Assembly: GCF_009914755.1 (NCBI RefSeq)
Contig: NC_060930.1
Direction: 5' to 3' (one strand)
DNA length: 64,000 nucleotides
Source: the human T2T-CHM13v2.0 reference genome, Homo sapiens
Part shown: positions 15,620 through 29,425 of the stretch, piece after piece
How positions within the stretch are numbered: position 1 is the stretch's first letter
How the letters are laid out: every line of letters starts with the position of its first letter
Notes under the pieces: model-generated
The model's input: only the letters and a program-made list of their open reading frames with translations
Database searches by the model: none
What the model was told of the DNA's origin: nothing
Translations under genes and position numbers: made by a program

Positions 15620-17004
15620 AAAATAACTGACTTTCAAAATTGTCAAGGTCATGAAAGACTGAGGAACAGTCACAGGGTAGTTGGTAGTTTGGTAGTTTTC
15701 TATCAAAACAACCTAGTTTTGGCAGAACCTAAGGAGATAGGAACACCAAACAAGACGTGGGATTTTAGATGGGATCCTGGACCAGGAAAAAAATATCAGT
15801 GGGAAAACTGACAAAATTCTAGTAAGATCTGTAGATTAGGTAATTGTATCAATTTTAATGTTCTAGTGTTGATAACTATGCTATGGCTATGTAGGACATT
15901 AACAAAGGAACTGGGTGAAGTAAGGTATACAAAGAATTCTCTGTAAGTTCGGCAACTTTTTTCTAAAATCATTTCAAAATGAAAAGTTCAATGAATATAA
16001 TGCTTAATAGACCTTAATGCAAATAAAAGATCGAATACATAAGAGACCTCTCCCTGTCTTCATCTCTCTCCCTGTCTTCTCCCAATAATCAAGCACAAGT
16101 ATGTACTTACAGTGTGATAAAAACTACCACCTGAGGCAACCAGCAACAATCTCCATCTGTAACTAGACTACATTTAAGCACTTAAGCATAAACTTCTGTC
16201 ATTTGCTTACATTGGGTTTTGTTTTAGTTTCAAAGAAATTTGATCCTCTATTACTTTGTGAAGCAAGTTGAAAAGAACAACAAAAAGTACTCAAACTATA
16301 TTTAACACTAAAGTAATTATTTATCATACCACTAAAACAGAGGAGAAAGTACAGTTAGCCCCTGAAATCACTCATGGGTTTTGTCACTAATATTCAGAGG
16401 GAGGTCTTTTTTCACATACCAAGCTTATTAGCTCAGAACAGTGAGAAACAATGGCTTGTAGTTAACCAGTGAACCAAGCTTAATTGGAAAAATATTTGCA
16501 TTCCCTAAGGGTAGAGCTGGGTCAAAAGAACCTCACTTTCACATCAAAACTGCACCATCCAGGAGGTCAAAGCACCTGATGTAGATACAGAAGAACGCTC
16601 AAGGTTCAGTGAGTTTTTTCCTCAAAAAGTGTAAGAAGCTCGCAAAAAGTAACAGTTTAAAACTGTCAATGGCCCCAGTGACCACCCCCTTACCTAATCA
16701 GCCCACTGTAAGCTAATCTCTATCCTACTAGAATGAAACACATTCACCTAAGAAAGGAAAATGAATGACAGTGAAACTGGTTTAAGAAAAACACATAAAG
16801 AAATAAAATCTGTATTTGGTCCATCCAGATTTGCAGAAGCAAAAGCAAAAGTTGTTTATGATACTGAGTGTGTCTCACTTGTTAATATTTGTTAGCAAGA
16901 AAATCAAAGTCTGTTCCCTATTTGTCCCATCTTTTTCATATTTTGCCTCGTCTCCCTGGATTGTTTGGGTGAGGGTAGCTCATCAAAGAGCTATGACACT
17001 TTGG

Positions 17005-17335
17005 GGCCAGGCACAGTGGCTCACACCTGTAATCCCAACACTTTGGGAGGCCAAAGCTGAAGGCTGGCTTGAGGATAGGAATTCAAAAACAGCCCGAATA
17101 ATATAGTAGACCCTATCTCTACAAAAAGTTAAAAATTTAAGCAGGCATGGTGGCTCATGCCTATAGTTCCAGCTACTTGGGAGGGTGAGGTGGGAGGAAA
17201 ACTTGAACCCAGGTGTTCAAGGCCACAGTAAGCTATGATTGTGCCACTGTATTCCCACATGGCTGACAGAGCAAGAGCTTGTCTAAAAAAAAAAAACAAA
17301 GAAAGACAGAAAAGAAAGAAAGAAAAGAGAGAGAG
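17005..17335 (+). mobile_element. AluJ
   Basis: Dimer with 18-bp TSD agagctatgacactttgg (16987-17004 / 17336-17353). Confidence 0.93.
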
Positions 17336-17536
17336 AGAGCTATGACACTTTGGCATCTCAAATAGTTCAACTACATCAAAGACAGCACAAGAAGTAGAAG
17401 AAAGGATTTCACATTAAATGCAATGAAGAGTAAGGCCATGTTCGTCTTACTCTCAGCCTGCCTACCACAGAGAATGCCTTGGAATCAGAGGTTCCCTGAA
17501 GAGACCCTCTCCTCTTAGAATAATCCAAAACCAGAA

Positions 17537-17730
17537 TCTCCTGCCTCAGCCTCCTGAGTAGCTGGGATTATAGGTGCCCGCCACCACACCCGGCTAATTT
17601 TTGTATTTTCAGTAGAGACGGGGTTTCACCATGGCAGCCAGGCTGGTCTCAAACTCCTCACCTCAGGTGATCCAACTCGCCTCAGCCTCCCAAAGTGCTG
17701 GGATTACAAGTGTGAGCCACCGAGCCTGGC
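17537..17730 (-). mobile_element. AluS lacking its 3' ~90 nt and poly(A) tail
   Basis: Begins abruptly at tctcctgcctcagcc (mid right arm) after unique sequence, while the 5' end is intact. Confidence 0.93.
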
Positions 17731-20700
17731 AACATTATAAACTTATAATGAATTTATGGAGTGTTACTAGTAAACAAAATGAATATTCTTTAAATAAAAA
17801 AAATTTCTAAAAGCCTCTCAAATGTGCTTGTCTTTCTCCTTGCATTTGCTAGTCTCTGCTTAATATATGTTTAGCTTGATGCATTCTTTGATGCCCAACA
17901 TGTGTTACTCTTTGACAGATGGCAGAGATGGCAAGCACAAAGAAATGAGATTCACGCTATTCCATTTGCATGGATGAAAATACAGACACTTTCTAAGTGA
18001 AGTAGAAATTCTCTGACAATTAACAAGAAGAGTTTCTGTGTCCGAGATATCTAATAAATGTTATTTGCTCAAGAACCAAAGAGAAATACTTTCTTCAAGG
18101 GCATACATCTCCTCTGTATATACAGGAAACTTGGTAAGCCCTATTGCTCAGGTCACAGAGTAATTCTAAATCCCCTGCCTACTGGCACTGAGTTGTTGAC
18201 AACTGAGGATTTTAAAGTGGATTCCCTTGTGTAGATTTACATTTACGATTATTAGATCTCTGAGTAATAAGGAGTTTAGATTTCTGTAAAGTACTCTATA
18301 AGGAATATCAAACTGGCTGTACTTTGGACATCTGAATATGCAAGGCTTATAAGTTCAACTAATTGAGGCCATAACTTGTATCTGAATATCTTAGGGCACA
18401 GGGGGAGTTTGTATAGTTTGAATGTCCCAAGAGTTGAGAATCCCTGCTTTTGGGACTTGTTATAGCCAGAGCCCCCTTCTGCCAAGTTTGAGGGCCAAAC
18501 CCACGCCCATGGCCAATCATGCCCCAGAGGTATATTGATCAAACTAGTAGCCAACACAGCTGCTAAATTTTATGGTTCTATGTCCCTACTCCTGGCCTTT
18601 TAACCCACCCTCAATGGTCCACTGAACTACTGATTTTTCGAAAACCACCTCCTCTCTGAAGTGTCCTTTCCTTGATTCCCTTATCATGCAATATTAATTG
18701 CATGCCCCTTGAAATGCTTATCAACATTGGGCTTAGACACTGTGAAGCAATTACTACAGGTTACTACAGTTATTTGTACGCATATCTACGCTTGCTGGAC
18801 AACAAGCTCTTCCTTGGAAAGCAGGAGCCACATAGTTCTCATTTTTCATCAACATCATGTATCCGATACATGATAGATATTTACTTAATATTTCTTGATA
18901 ACCACAGCTCTAAGATAAACATTAGTTTTTTCCAGTCTCCACAGAGGAAATTATATTATAGGTCCTAGAATCAGGATTTAAACTTAAGGCTATTTGTTTC
19001 CAAAATTCACGTCTTTTCCACCATGCCATGCCATGCCATCTCTCAATGATAAACAACGCAAAACAGAAGCATTTAGGTAAAAAATGATGAGCCCTCCCTA
19101 CTGACGGAAACACATAAATGAAAGTTTGGAGAGATGATTCAGGCTAAAGAAGCTTAATCACCCAAAATGTAGGCAGTAAATGTAATCAAAGAGGTATGCA
19201 CACAAAAAAATAGCACAACCGAAGGAGAATATTAACCCTCATTCCCTTTGCACAGAAGCTAGACTTCCTGGACAGACTTTATCATTTGTTTGTTTTCCTG
19301 AGTATGTAAGTATCAATATTAAGAAGAAAAACAAGCTGAATTAAATCTCTCTTTTCAACTTAGGTTTATTGAAAGAGTAGTTGAAAAATATACCATTGCT
19401 ATCCTATTTCATTTCAACTCCTCATTTTCACCCTGCAATCCCAAAATTATAATGGTACGGTAAGAAAGAATGGTAATAACTTGGAACTTAAGATACAATG
19501 CAGACAGGCAACTTGGGCAACAACTTAACATTAGCCATCCAATATTCCAAACAGAATGGGGAATTGGAGTTAGAACCAAGCTACCCATTGCCATGATTCA
19601 TCTAAGTTTTGCAACAAGAGGCCTAGCTTGCTTTGTGCCTTAGTTACATTCAATACAAATAATTCAAGGAATCCATGAGATGACACAAAATCCATCCCAC
19701 ATGAAACATTCTTTCCTGCGCTATCTTCTATCAGCATTTATTTTTATAATACCAAAATGAAGACATGAATGAATAAAAAAGGGGGCAGGCAGGGAGAGGC
19801 TTGTGTTCAAATGCCCACACTGTGTTCCTTTCCATTGAATTGTAATACTTGCATGGTATGAAATACTGGAGGAAAAACACATTTATTTAAGAAAGCAAGT
19901 CTCTTACACTTTCTTGAATACAAAGAAAAAATTAGCTACTTTACCCCTCAAATGAAAAAAGAATGATACTCCATCCAGTGTTAGTCCCAACTAAAGTCTT
20001 CAGTGAACCCATTATCAGGGACTACTGTAGAATTATTATTATTTTTTAAATTCCACTAAATGTGTGTCAGAATTACTGTACCCCAATTAGCAATAACCAA
20101 AATGTAGCAGTCAGTTTTGTTTGCAAGGGCTGTCTAGTCAATTCCTGGCTGATCCCTCCTGGTATTACTTTCATTATGAGCACTCAGAAGAATAACTGTT
20201 TGGATGGCTTGTTGTGGCAATTACGTTTCCAGGTTACCAACTACCAAACAACCCCGGGCTGAATGTAACTTCTACACGTACTGTTCCAAAGACTCTAAAA
20301 CCTGCCCTATGTATCAAAAGATAAATTTCAATCTTCACACCGTGGGGAGTACAATAATAAACCAAAGTAAAGGGTCAGGTCACATTGTACAAACATATTG
20401 TTTGGGCAACTTTGCTCTAAAAAGTCATTTTGTCTAGCTTCAAAAGGAGAAGGAATTTGGCCTCTAAAACTATCAGAAAACCTTTTAAAATGGACCACCA
20501 CAAAGAACACTTGAAAGAATTTCTCTCTTGTAAATTTGCTTTGCTAGTGTGCAAGGCAGGCTATCTTTGCCATTCAATACTCTTTCATCTCTTTCAAGAT
20601 TAGTATGTTCACACAGGATCCCACAGCTCAAGGGGGACAGAGAGAACTTAGAAAGGAAAGAGTGGGCAGCCATAGCAACTGAGGGATGGAGAAACAGGAT

Positions 20701-21256
20701 CCACAGGGAATGATGTTTGAAACTGAAATTATTCTATCTGAATAAGAGAAGTCTAGGTAGGCTGTGGTTTAATCATATTTTTCAATACTGCGATGAACCC
20801 TTACGCAGCAGAGTAGTGCCAAAAAGGCTTAAATTGCAGTTTTAGAAACTAGGCATTTTTATCGTTTATAGATGAATTATAACAACTGGGATATTTACTT
20901 TAAAACTACAATATTTGAGGAGAAAAAGAATATTGAAATAAAAAGAAGGCAAAAAAATGAAGGCTTCTTCCCTGTTCCTTCCAGGATGATAAAGATATAT
21001 ATTTGCTTTCTTTTGTTTCCAGCTCTTCCTGGCATCTTCCTTCTTTCACTCAAACAGCTAATGAAATATCGCCCCTTCTATAAAATCTTTCCTATCTAAC
21101 TGGAAGACGGGAAGAGAATTCCCTCTGGTAACAATGTATAATTCCCATAGCTCTCTCTACTCAACCCTTTAAAGTGCATTGAGCCATTGCTTATACAGTG
21201 TTAATAAATAAAAGTTAATTCTTAGTTTGAAGTTTTTTAAGTTGTCTATATATACC

Positions 21257-21394
21257 TTTTTTTTTTTTTAATTCAGAGACAGAGTCTTGCTCTGTCACCC
21301 AGGCTAGAGTTCAGTAGCACAATCACAGCTCACTGCAACCTTGATCTCTTGGCCTTAAGCGATCTTCCTGCCTTTGCCTCCTGAGTAGCTAGGA
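21257..21394 (-). mobile_element. AluJ right-arm fragment
   Basis: T tail plus gagacagagtcttgctctgtcacccaggct...gagtagctaggac. Confidence 0.85.
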
Positions 21395-22079
21395 CAGGAA
21401 TAGATGATATGGACTAGAATGGGTCGTATATTATATACAAAATGGTAATATTTTAAATCTAATCCTTTATTTGATATGCGATACTAAAGTACAAAAGTTA
21501 TTGAATAATTATATTTAGAATTAACCTTTATTATATCTAAATAGATATTTGAATCTCGTCAGAAATATTTGGATATACTCAGCAATATCTAAATGCTTTT
21601 AAGTATTTTTTATAATTATATAAAGTAACTTCTTTTAGATTATCTGCATGTGAGTATACAGATTTCTCAGACTAAATTGTACATGTAATAACATATTTCT
21701 ACTTGATTCTGATGACAGATTATATTTCAGGAGATCAAACTCAGTAGCTTCTTCATATTCTTTTTCCAATATTGGTAATCCTCCACAGGAAAAAATTTCC
21801 AAAAGAAAGTGTTGCTTCCTCAGCAACCAGAAAACCAAGAAGGAGAAATTATGTATAGATTGGAATAAACATGTTGCACAACTATTTTTTAAGTGTATTT
21901 AATTCTGAAAGCAATTAGGTGAAAAATCAGTTCTTCATTTCAGGAGGCTAAAAAATAAGAGATTTGGAAAGGAAGAGACCCTGTGTGAAATTCACAAAGT
22001 AACCATCAAATATACTGACATCTAAAGGCATGCGGTAGCTACATATCTAAATGAATTGTAATTGAAATACATTCCCAGT

Positions 22080-22629
22080 GTGGGAGACTGTATTTTCCAA
22101 AAATGGCCACAGCAATATTTCTGGCTCACATTCTTTTTTATAATTTTGCCACTTCCCATCAAGAGATGGAATCTATTTCCCCTCCCCGAAAACCGGGATA
22201 TGACTTCGGACTGCCTGGAAGAATAAATGCAATAGGAGTGATGCTGCGTGATGTCCAAGCATCTTTTCCTCGCAGTCTCCCTCTTTTTTCCTGCTCCCAG
22301 CTTAGAACTCCACCACCATTCTGTAAGGAAGGAAAATCTAGCCCACAAGAAGAGACCACATGGAAAAGTCAGGTGAAGAGGAGGAACCAGGGCCCAATGA
22401 CAGCCAACATTAGTCACCACTCATGCATGTGTAACAGCCCTCAGATGGTTCCAGCCTACAGCTTTTAGATCTCCAGCTAAGGCTCCAGACATCGTGAAGC
22501 AAAGAAAAGGCATCTCTGCTGCACCCTCCCTGAATTCCTGACACACAGGAATCCAGGTGCAGAATAAGTCATAGTTTTACGGTACTAAGTTTTGGGGTGA
22601 CTCACTATGTTGTCTTAATAATTGGAACA
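22080..22629 (+). mobile_element. MLT1-family MaLR LTR
   Basis: tgtgggagactg...aaaaatggccac start, gatggaatctatttcccctcccc motif, ctaagttttggggtg...aaca end. Confidence 0.7.
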
Positions 22630-22739
22630 GTTTGTTTGTTTTTTTTAAACTAAGCAATTTAAAACATAAAAGAACAGTAGTATTTAAAGCAAAAACTCAT
22701 TACAGCCATTTTCATATATTAGGAAAACAGCATGATTAC

Positions 22740-23980
22740 TATTCATTAAATACACAAACACACACACACATATTTCTGTGCACAAGACACTGTGTTTGAT
22801 GCTGGGCTGGTATAAAAATGAGTATAAACAGGCATGGTATCTAACCTCTTGGAGTTTACAATCTAGGAGGAGAGTTAGACTTCAGCTATGCAACCCCACA
22901 AAGGTAAAATTCAGCTGTAGCAAGTGCTGCAAAGGAGAAAGGCCTGATGTATATCAATAATGGGGAACTGACCTAGTTAGGAAAATCAGACAAGACTTCC
23001 CTGAGGAAATGACACTGGTGCTAGGGTAAATACGAGCAAAAAAGGCAAAAAGAAGAATGAGGGAGAATGTTCCAAACTCAAGAGAACAGCCATGTGCAAA
23101 GGCCCTGAGATAAGAGGTAGCACAGGTATGCTGTGGACAGAAGAAAGGCCAGAAGTCATGCCATGTCCCTTCCATTGCATTTTATTCTTCCAAGTAGTCC
23201 CAAGTTCCATCCAGGTTCCCAGAGAGAAAAAACATACTCCACTTCTTGAAAGACGGTGGCAAGGTCAGAGAAAAGAGAGCAAAAGGAAGTGTTAGACTGT
23301 GGATCCTGAAAGGTATGACGACCCCAGAACACACATAGTATCTTTCAGACTTCTATTGACCAGAACTCAAAGTAAGAAATACGTCTTATGTTGCAATCCA
23401 ATCCAATTCACACACACACACGCAACCAAAATCACAATTTCACAAAACAGTACTTATCTTTGCTATCTCTAGTGCAGCCTGATATGTTCTATTTTATGTT
23501 TGTATACATTTGTCACAACTACCTAAATTGATTTTCAACGTACTGAAGATTCATGAACTGAAGTCCAAAAAACATTGATGTAAAGTCTTGCAGGCTAAGT
23601 TTAAGGCATTTATCTTTATGCTAAGAGTAACAGGAAGTCACTGATGAGTTTTAAACTCAATGGTAACAGGATCAGATTAGTGTTTCCATATTCTGGATGA
23701 AATAAAATATAAAACAGAATGCAAAAGCTGAATGGGTGCAAGGAGACACAGTAGGAGACTACTGAGGCAAATCAGGCAAGGTGTACAGTAGCTTGGGTTA
23801 TGATGGTAGAGGTGGCAGAAGTGGAGAGAAGAGGGTGAATTTCAGAAACAGGAGTTATAACTGATGGGCATGATTAAGCAGTGAGAATAAGGAAGGTTTA
23901 TGACTCTCAAAACTGGAATGGATAGTGGGAAGTGAAGAGAGGAGAAGGAACATAGGAGGAAAGTCAGGTATAGAGCAGGG
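22740..23980 (-). mobile_element. L2 fragments with intervening old insertions
   Basis: agacttccctgaggaaatgaca...aacagccatgtgcaaaggccctgag, and ggaagtcactgatgagtttta. Confidence 0.55.
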
Positions 23981-24356
23981 AAGATAGCCCTTGCAAACAA
24001 AACCGGCTTCTAGTTTGTAGTTATTGCTAATTGGAGTACAGTAATTCTGAAGCATGATTAGTGGAATTTGTTTTTAAATAATTCCATAGTCCCTGATAAT
24101 GTCTTCACTGGAAACTAGCTGGAACTAACATTGGACAAAGTATCATTCTCTTCTGAAGGTTGTACATAGAGAGTCAAATGAAAAAAACAAAGGTATTGTT
24201 CTTTTATCATGGGTATACTTACTGGAAATGCTGGACACAATATGTTATCTTGGATAGCTCTGAGTTTTTGCTTAGCTAGTTGACGAAAACCAGGACTTGC
24301 GGTGGCCCTCATTAAATAAGGTTAAGATGCCAAATTTTCTTCAAGGTAACTCAGAG

Positions 24357-24555
24357 CAGAGGTTGGCAAACTATGACCTATGGGCCAAATTCTGTCTATC
24401 TTCTGATTTCCAATAAAGTTTTATTAGAACACAGACACACCCATTCACTCACAAATCATCAATAGCTGCTTTCATGCTACCACAGCAGAGTTGAGTAGTT
24501 ACCACAGTGACTATATGGCCTGCAAAGCCTAAGTTATTTACTATCTGTTTACAGT
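24357..24555 (+). mobile_element. MER58A-like hAT-Charlie element
   Basis: cagaggttggcaaactatg...aataaagttttattagaacacag...gcagagttgagtagtt...tggcctgcaaagcctaa. Confidence 0.8.
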
Positions 24556-24569
24556 AAACATGTAACTTA

Positions 24570-25240
24570 GAGAAAGGGATTCAAAGGCTAAAGGAAACAG
24601 AAATTGTGGAGTAGCTTTGGCATGAGCACCCCACCCACTAATCTTCTATCTATGTAATTCAAGTGAGGATCCCAAACACACTCCCTTCAACGAGGCCTTG
24701 AGAAACACACTGGTGAAGAATGTTGCTCCAGCAACTCTAAAAGTACTCTACTTGTTGTTCTCCCTAGACCAGACATGCTGGTGGAAGATGCTGCATTTGA
24801 AACGGGCTTTCTGGTTTCAGTGATGTATCAGGATCCTGGGGTGGCAAAAGGAGAAAAACAGCACTTATTCTCCAGAGACAAAGCAGGCAGAGCAGTCACA
24901 AGAGGGCGGCACAGCAAACATGGTAACCACAATCAATGGATTTTATGATGGTGACTAAATGATCACGAGATTCCCAAGATTAAAAGACTTGTACAACCCT
25001 CTACTTGATTTGTGTAACAAAAAATAGCTAGATCATGTAAACTGTGGCCTGATGTAAACTATCAGTCATCTCAACCCCACAGTCAATTACCAGACCTGAC
25101 AGCCCCCAAAATTGAAGGGAAGACCTGGTACTTTGCTGAAGGATCCTACAATAATATCACAAGTAACTGCTTTGAGTCTTCCTCAAAGTCTTTTCAAAGC
25201 ACACAAAGCCATTCACCAGGCAAATGTGCCCTGTGAGAAG
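24570..25240 (+). mobile_element. Decayed ERV-L-class internal (gag) fragment
   Basis: Translates in pieces to EKGIQRLKETEIVE* and EDPKHTPFNEALRNTLVKNVAPATLK, resembling ERV-L Gag, with stops and frameshifts. Confidence 0.65.
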
Positions 25241-25546
25241 TGAGATAGGATGCGATAACTAAAGAGACTTGAGGTTGCCTCCTCCTGAAGAGGAGGAGTG
25301 TATTTTCAAAAGCATTAGAATTAGCGGCATTAATTTTGGCAGAAACAAAAGATATGTGGTTATTCGACCATCAAAGGATGTATAGTAAGTATTTGTCATA
25401 TTTCAGCTTTCCAGCATCTGAATGCGTTTTCTATTTGAATAGAATTCCAACCATATGTGTCTGGCAGGGAAGCAGATCCCACCACCACCCACAGAAGGTA
25501 AAAAGGCCAGATGTTCACTTTGTCAGCCTATTGCAGCCAAGCCCAC

Positions 25547-25910
25547 TGTATTTGTCTGTTTTCATACTGCTATAAAGATACTACCCAAAACTAGGTAATT
25601 TGTAAACAAAGGAGGTTTAATTAACTCACAGTTCTGCATGGCTGGGAGGACTCAGGAAACTTACAATCATGGCAGAAGGGGAAGCAGGCAACGACCTTCT
25701 TCACGTGGTGGCAGGAGAGTTAGCAAGAGCAAGGAAAACTGCCTTACAAAACCATTAGATCTCGTGAGAACATATTCACTATGAGTAGAACAGCATGGGG
25801 GAAACTGCCCCCATGATCCAATCACCTCCTACCTGGTCCCACCCTCCACATGTGAGGATTATGGGGATTACAACGAGATTTGGGTGGGGACACAGAGCCA
25901 AACCATATCA
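25547..25910 (-). mobile_element. THE1/MST MaLR solo LTR
   Basis: tgtatttgtctgttttcatactgctataaag...ggaaacttacaatcatggcagaagg...gggacacagagccaaaccatatca. Confidence 0.88.
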
Positions 25911-27468
25911 CCTAGCTTGGCCCAGTAGTCCCACCCAGGCTTTTACGCCAGTACTGATGGACCAACAAAGCAAAGAAGGTATAATCATGCCATCAACAGC
26001 AACCAAATCCAGGTTCTAGAGGAAGTATTTACAATATCCACTGTCAAAAGTTGGGGGCAGTAGCCTAAAAATCTGAATGTCTCCACTGTTCAATGGTGGT
26101 GGCAGGACTGTCTTTAATGGCTTGGTCCTGGTGACATAGTGTAATCTGGGTTCTGGCTGTCTTGATTTCCTGGCTGCTTATTCTCTCAACGTAGTTCTCC
26201 AGCCCCACCAGAGATTTTGAAGGATATTTAACATATTTTCAAAAATTCTTTTTCTGCTAAAATGAAGCAGAGACTTCTTTTTTTTTCCACTTATTGCAAG
26301 GAAAACTCTTGGCTAATTCACAGTGTATTTTACTCTCTCTGTATCTCTCAGTCTTTGTGAAATTATGCAAACCCTAAACATGTGAAGAACAATTCCAAGA
26401 TCCAGTCACACATAGAAGTATATTATGTGCTATTTTATTTGCTGAAATATTTTCCTTTTCATATATTTATATAATAATGATCTCAACTATTTATCAAACA
26501 TTCACTCTATGATTACTTCTTTTAGAAGTAATGATAAGTATCACATAACATTTGTAGAGGGATTTGTAGCTGACCAAGCATTTACATTTACATTTACATT
26601 TAATGTGCATTTGCATTTTCTCCTTTTAGTCACAGCCTGATAAAGCAGCCAATATAATGTCAGTGATCCCTGCCTTTTTTTTTTATTTTTTTTTCCAAAT
26701 ACCCAGTCTTCAAGAAGTAAACCCTGTCTTATTTCACTTATGAGCTATTCAATTAATGTGGCCCTTTGTAACATCAGCAACAACATGGCATAATTTCCAT
26801 TTACTGAATTCTAAATATGTATTAGGTACAGTGCTAGGAGCTAAACACATACCTATATGTTTCTAATCCTCACAATAATTTTTAAAAGATAGTAGTATTA
26901 TTTTCACATTTTAGATAAGGAACATGAGGCTCATAAAGATCAAAGAACTGACACCTTGAGATCTTGGGGAGAAAAGTAGCTTGTCTCCAACACATGATGC
27001 TCTCCCCTATTATCTTCCTCCCATCCTTCAAGTTGCGTTTTTTGCTTAGTAACTTGGTAAATGTTACTCGAAACATCTGGAAAAAACAGCTAAAGAAACC
27101 AAATGGCCCTTTGACAGTAGCACAGTAAAAACTTTTTAAAAATGCATTCAGAACTTAAAGTACAATAAAAATAAATAAATAAAAAATGCATTCAGTGATT
27201 CTCAGCTCTATATATCTCTCTGTAATCTCTTCACACTCTGTTGTAAATTTCCATGTAAAAATATTTCTGGTTTCCTATGGGAGCCTTTTTATAAGCAGAT
27301 ATGCCAAAGCCTTTTCAAGCACTGTATTGGAAACATTCAACATAAATATCCTGTCCTATAGGGAATATTTGCAAAGCCAAAAAAAAAAATGTCAATTGAG
27401 AATACAACTAAAATAATTCCCGGCAATATTTTGTGACTAATGATGACTTGTTAAAGAAGAGTATTAAG

Positions 27469-27798
<330 letters not shown>

Positions 27799-28329
27799 TT
27801 ATCCCTTTTCTGGATTCACTTCCTAATTCTTTAGTCTTTCTTATATATTTTATCCTTCTTATCATCATTAAATCAAGGTATTAAAAAATTTTAAAACCCT
27901 TCACTCCCACAAACATCCTTTCAAGTGCAAAAAGACACTGAATGATCATCTTTTAATTAAATTGCATTAATTCTTAGGAAACGCTTCCTTCTGCATTAAC
28001 ACACAATACATGAACACACAGTCCCTCATCTGTGAGCTCTTGAGAAACATGTTTTCATTATCAATTTCCTCCCATGTAAAATCAGAATAATAACAATCCC
28101 TACTTCATAAGGTTGTTGTGAGGATTATATCATCTTTGTAAAGTACTTAGAACAACACTGACTAAACACATATCAAAGAAATACATACACACACATGTGC
28201 ACATGCACAAACACTCACAGTGAGTTCCAGTTTTGTGCATCTTCTAACATTTAGGCTGGCTCAATATTCAAAAGTTAATGCTTCAAATATCTCTGCCTGT
28301 CACCGCCATTAAAAAAAAACAACAACTGT

Positions 28330-29425
<1,096 letters not shown>

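Noticed and set aside
17286-17339. A/GAAA/GA tract as READ1
   Set aside because: It is the AluJ tail bounded by the TSD and lacks GAGAGGAAGGAAA/GGAA units.
20666-20679. GCAGCCATAGCAAC as a second X-box
   Set aside because: Only one good half-site and no supporting context, so it cannot be distinguished from chance.
20062-24055. Two similar peptides (QNYCTPISNN...FVCKG) suggesting a paralogous gene pair
   Set aside because: Explained by the DNA-level inverted duplication. Similarity stops at the repeat edge, and nearby indels are not codon-constrained.
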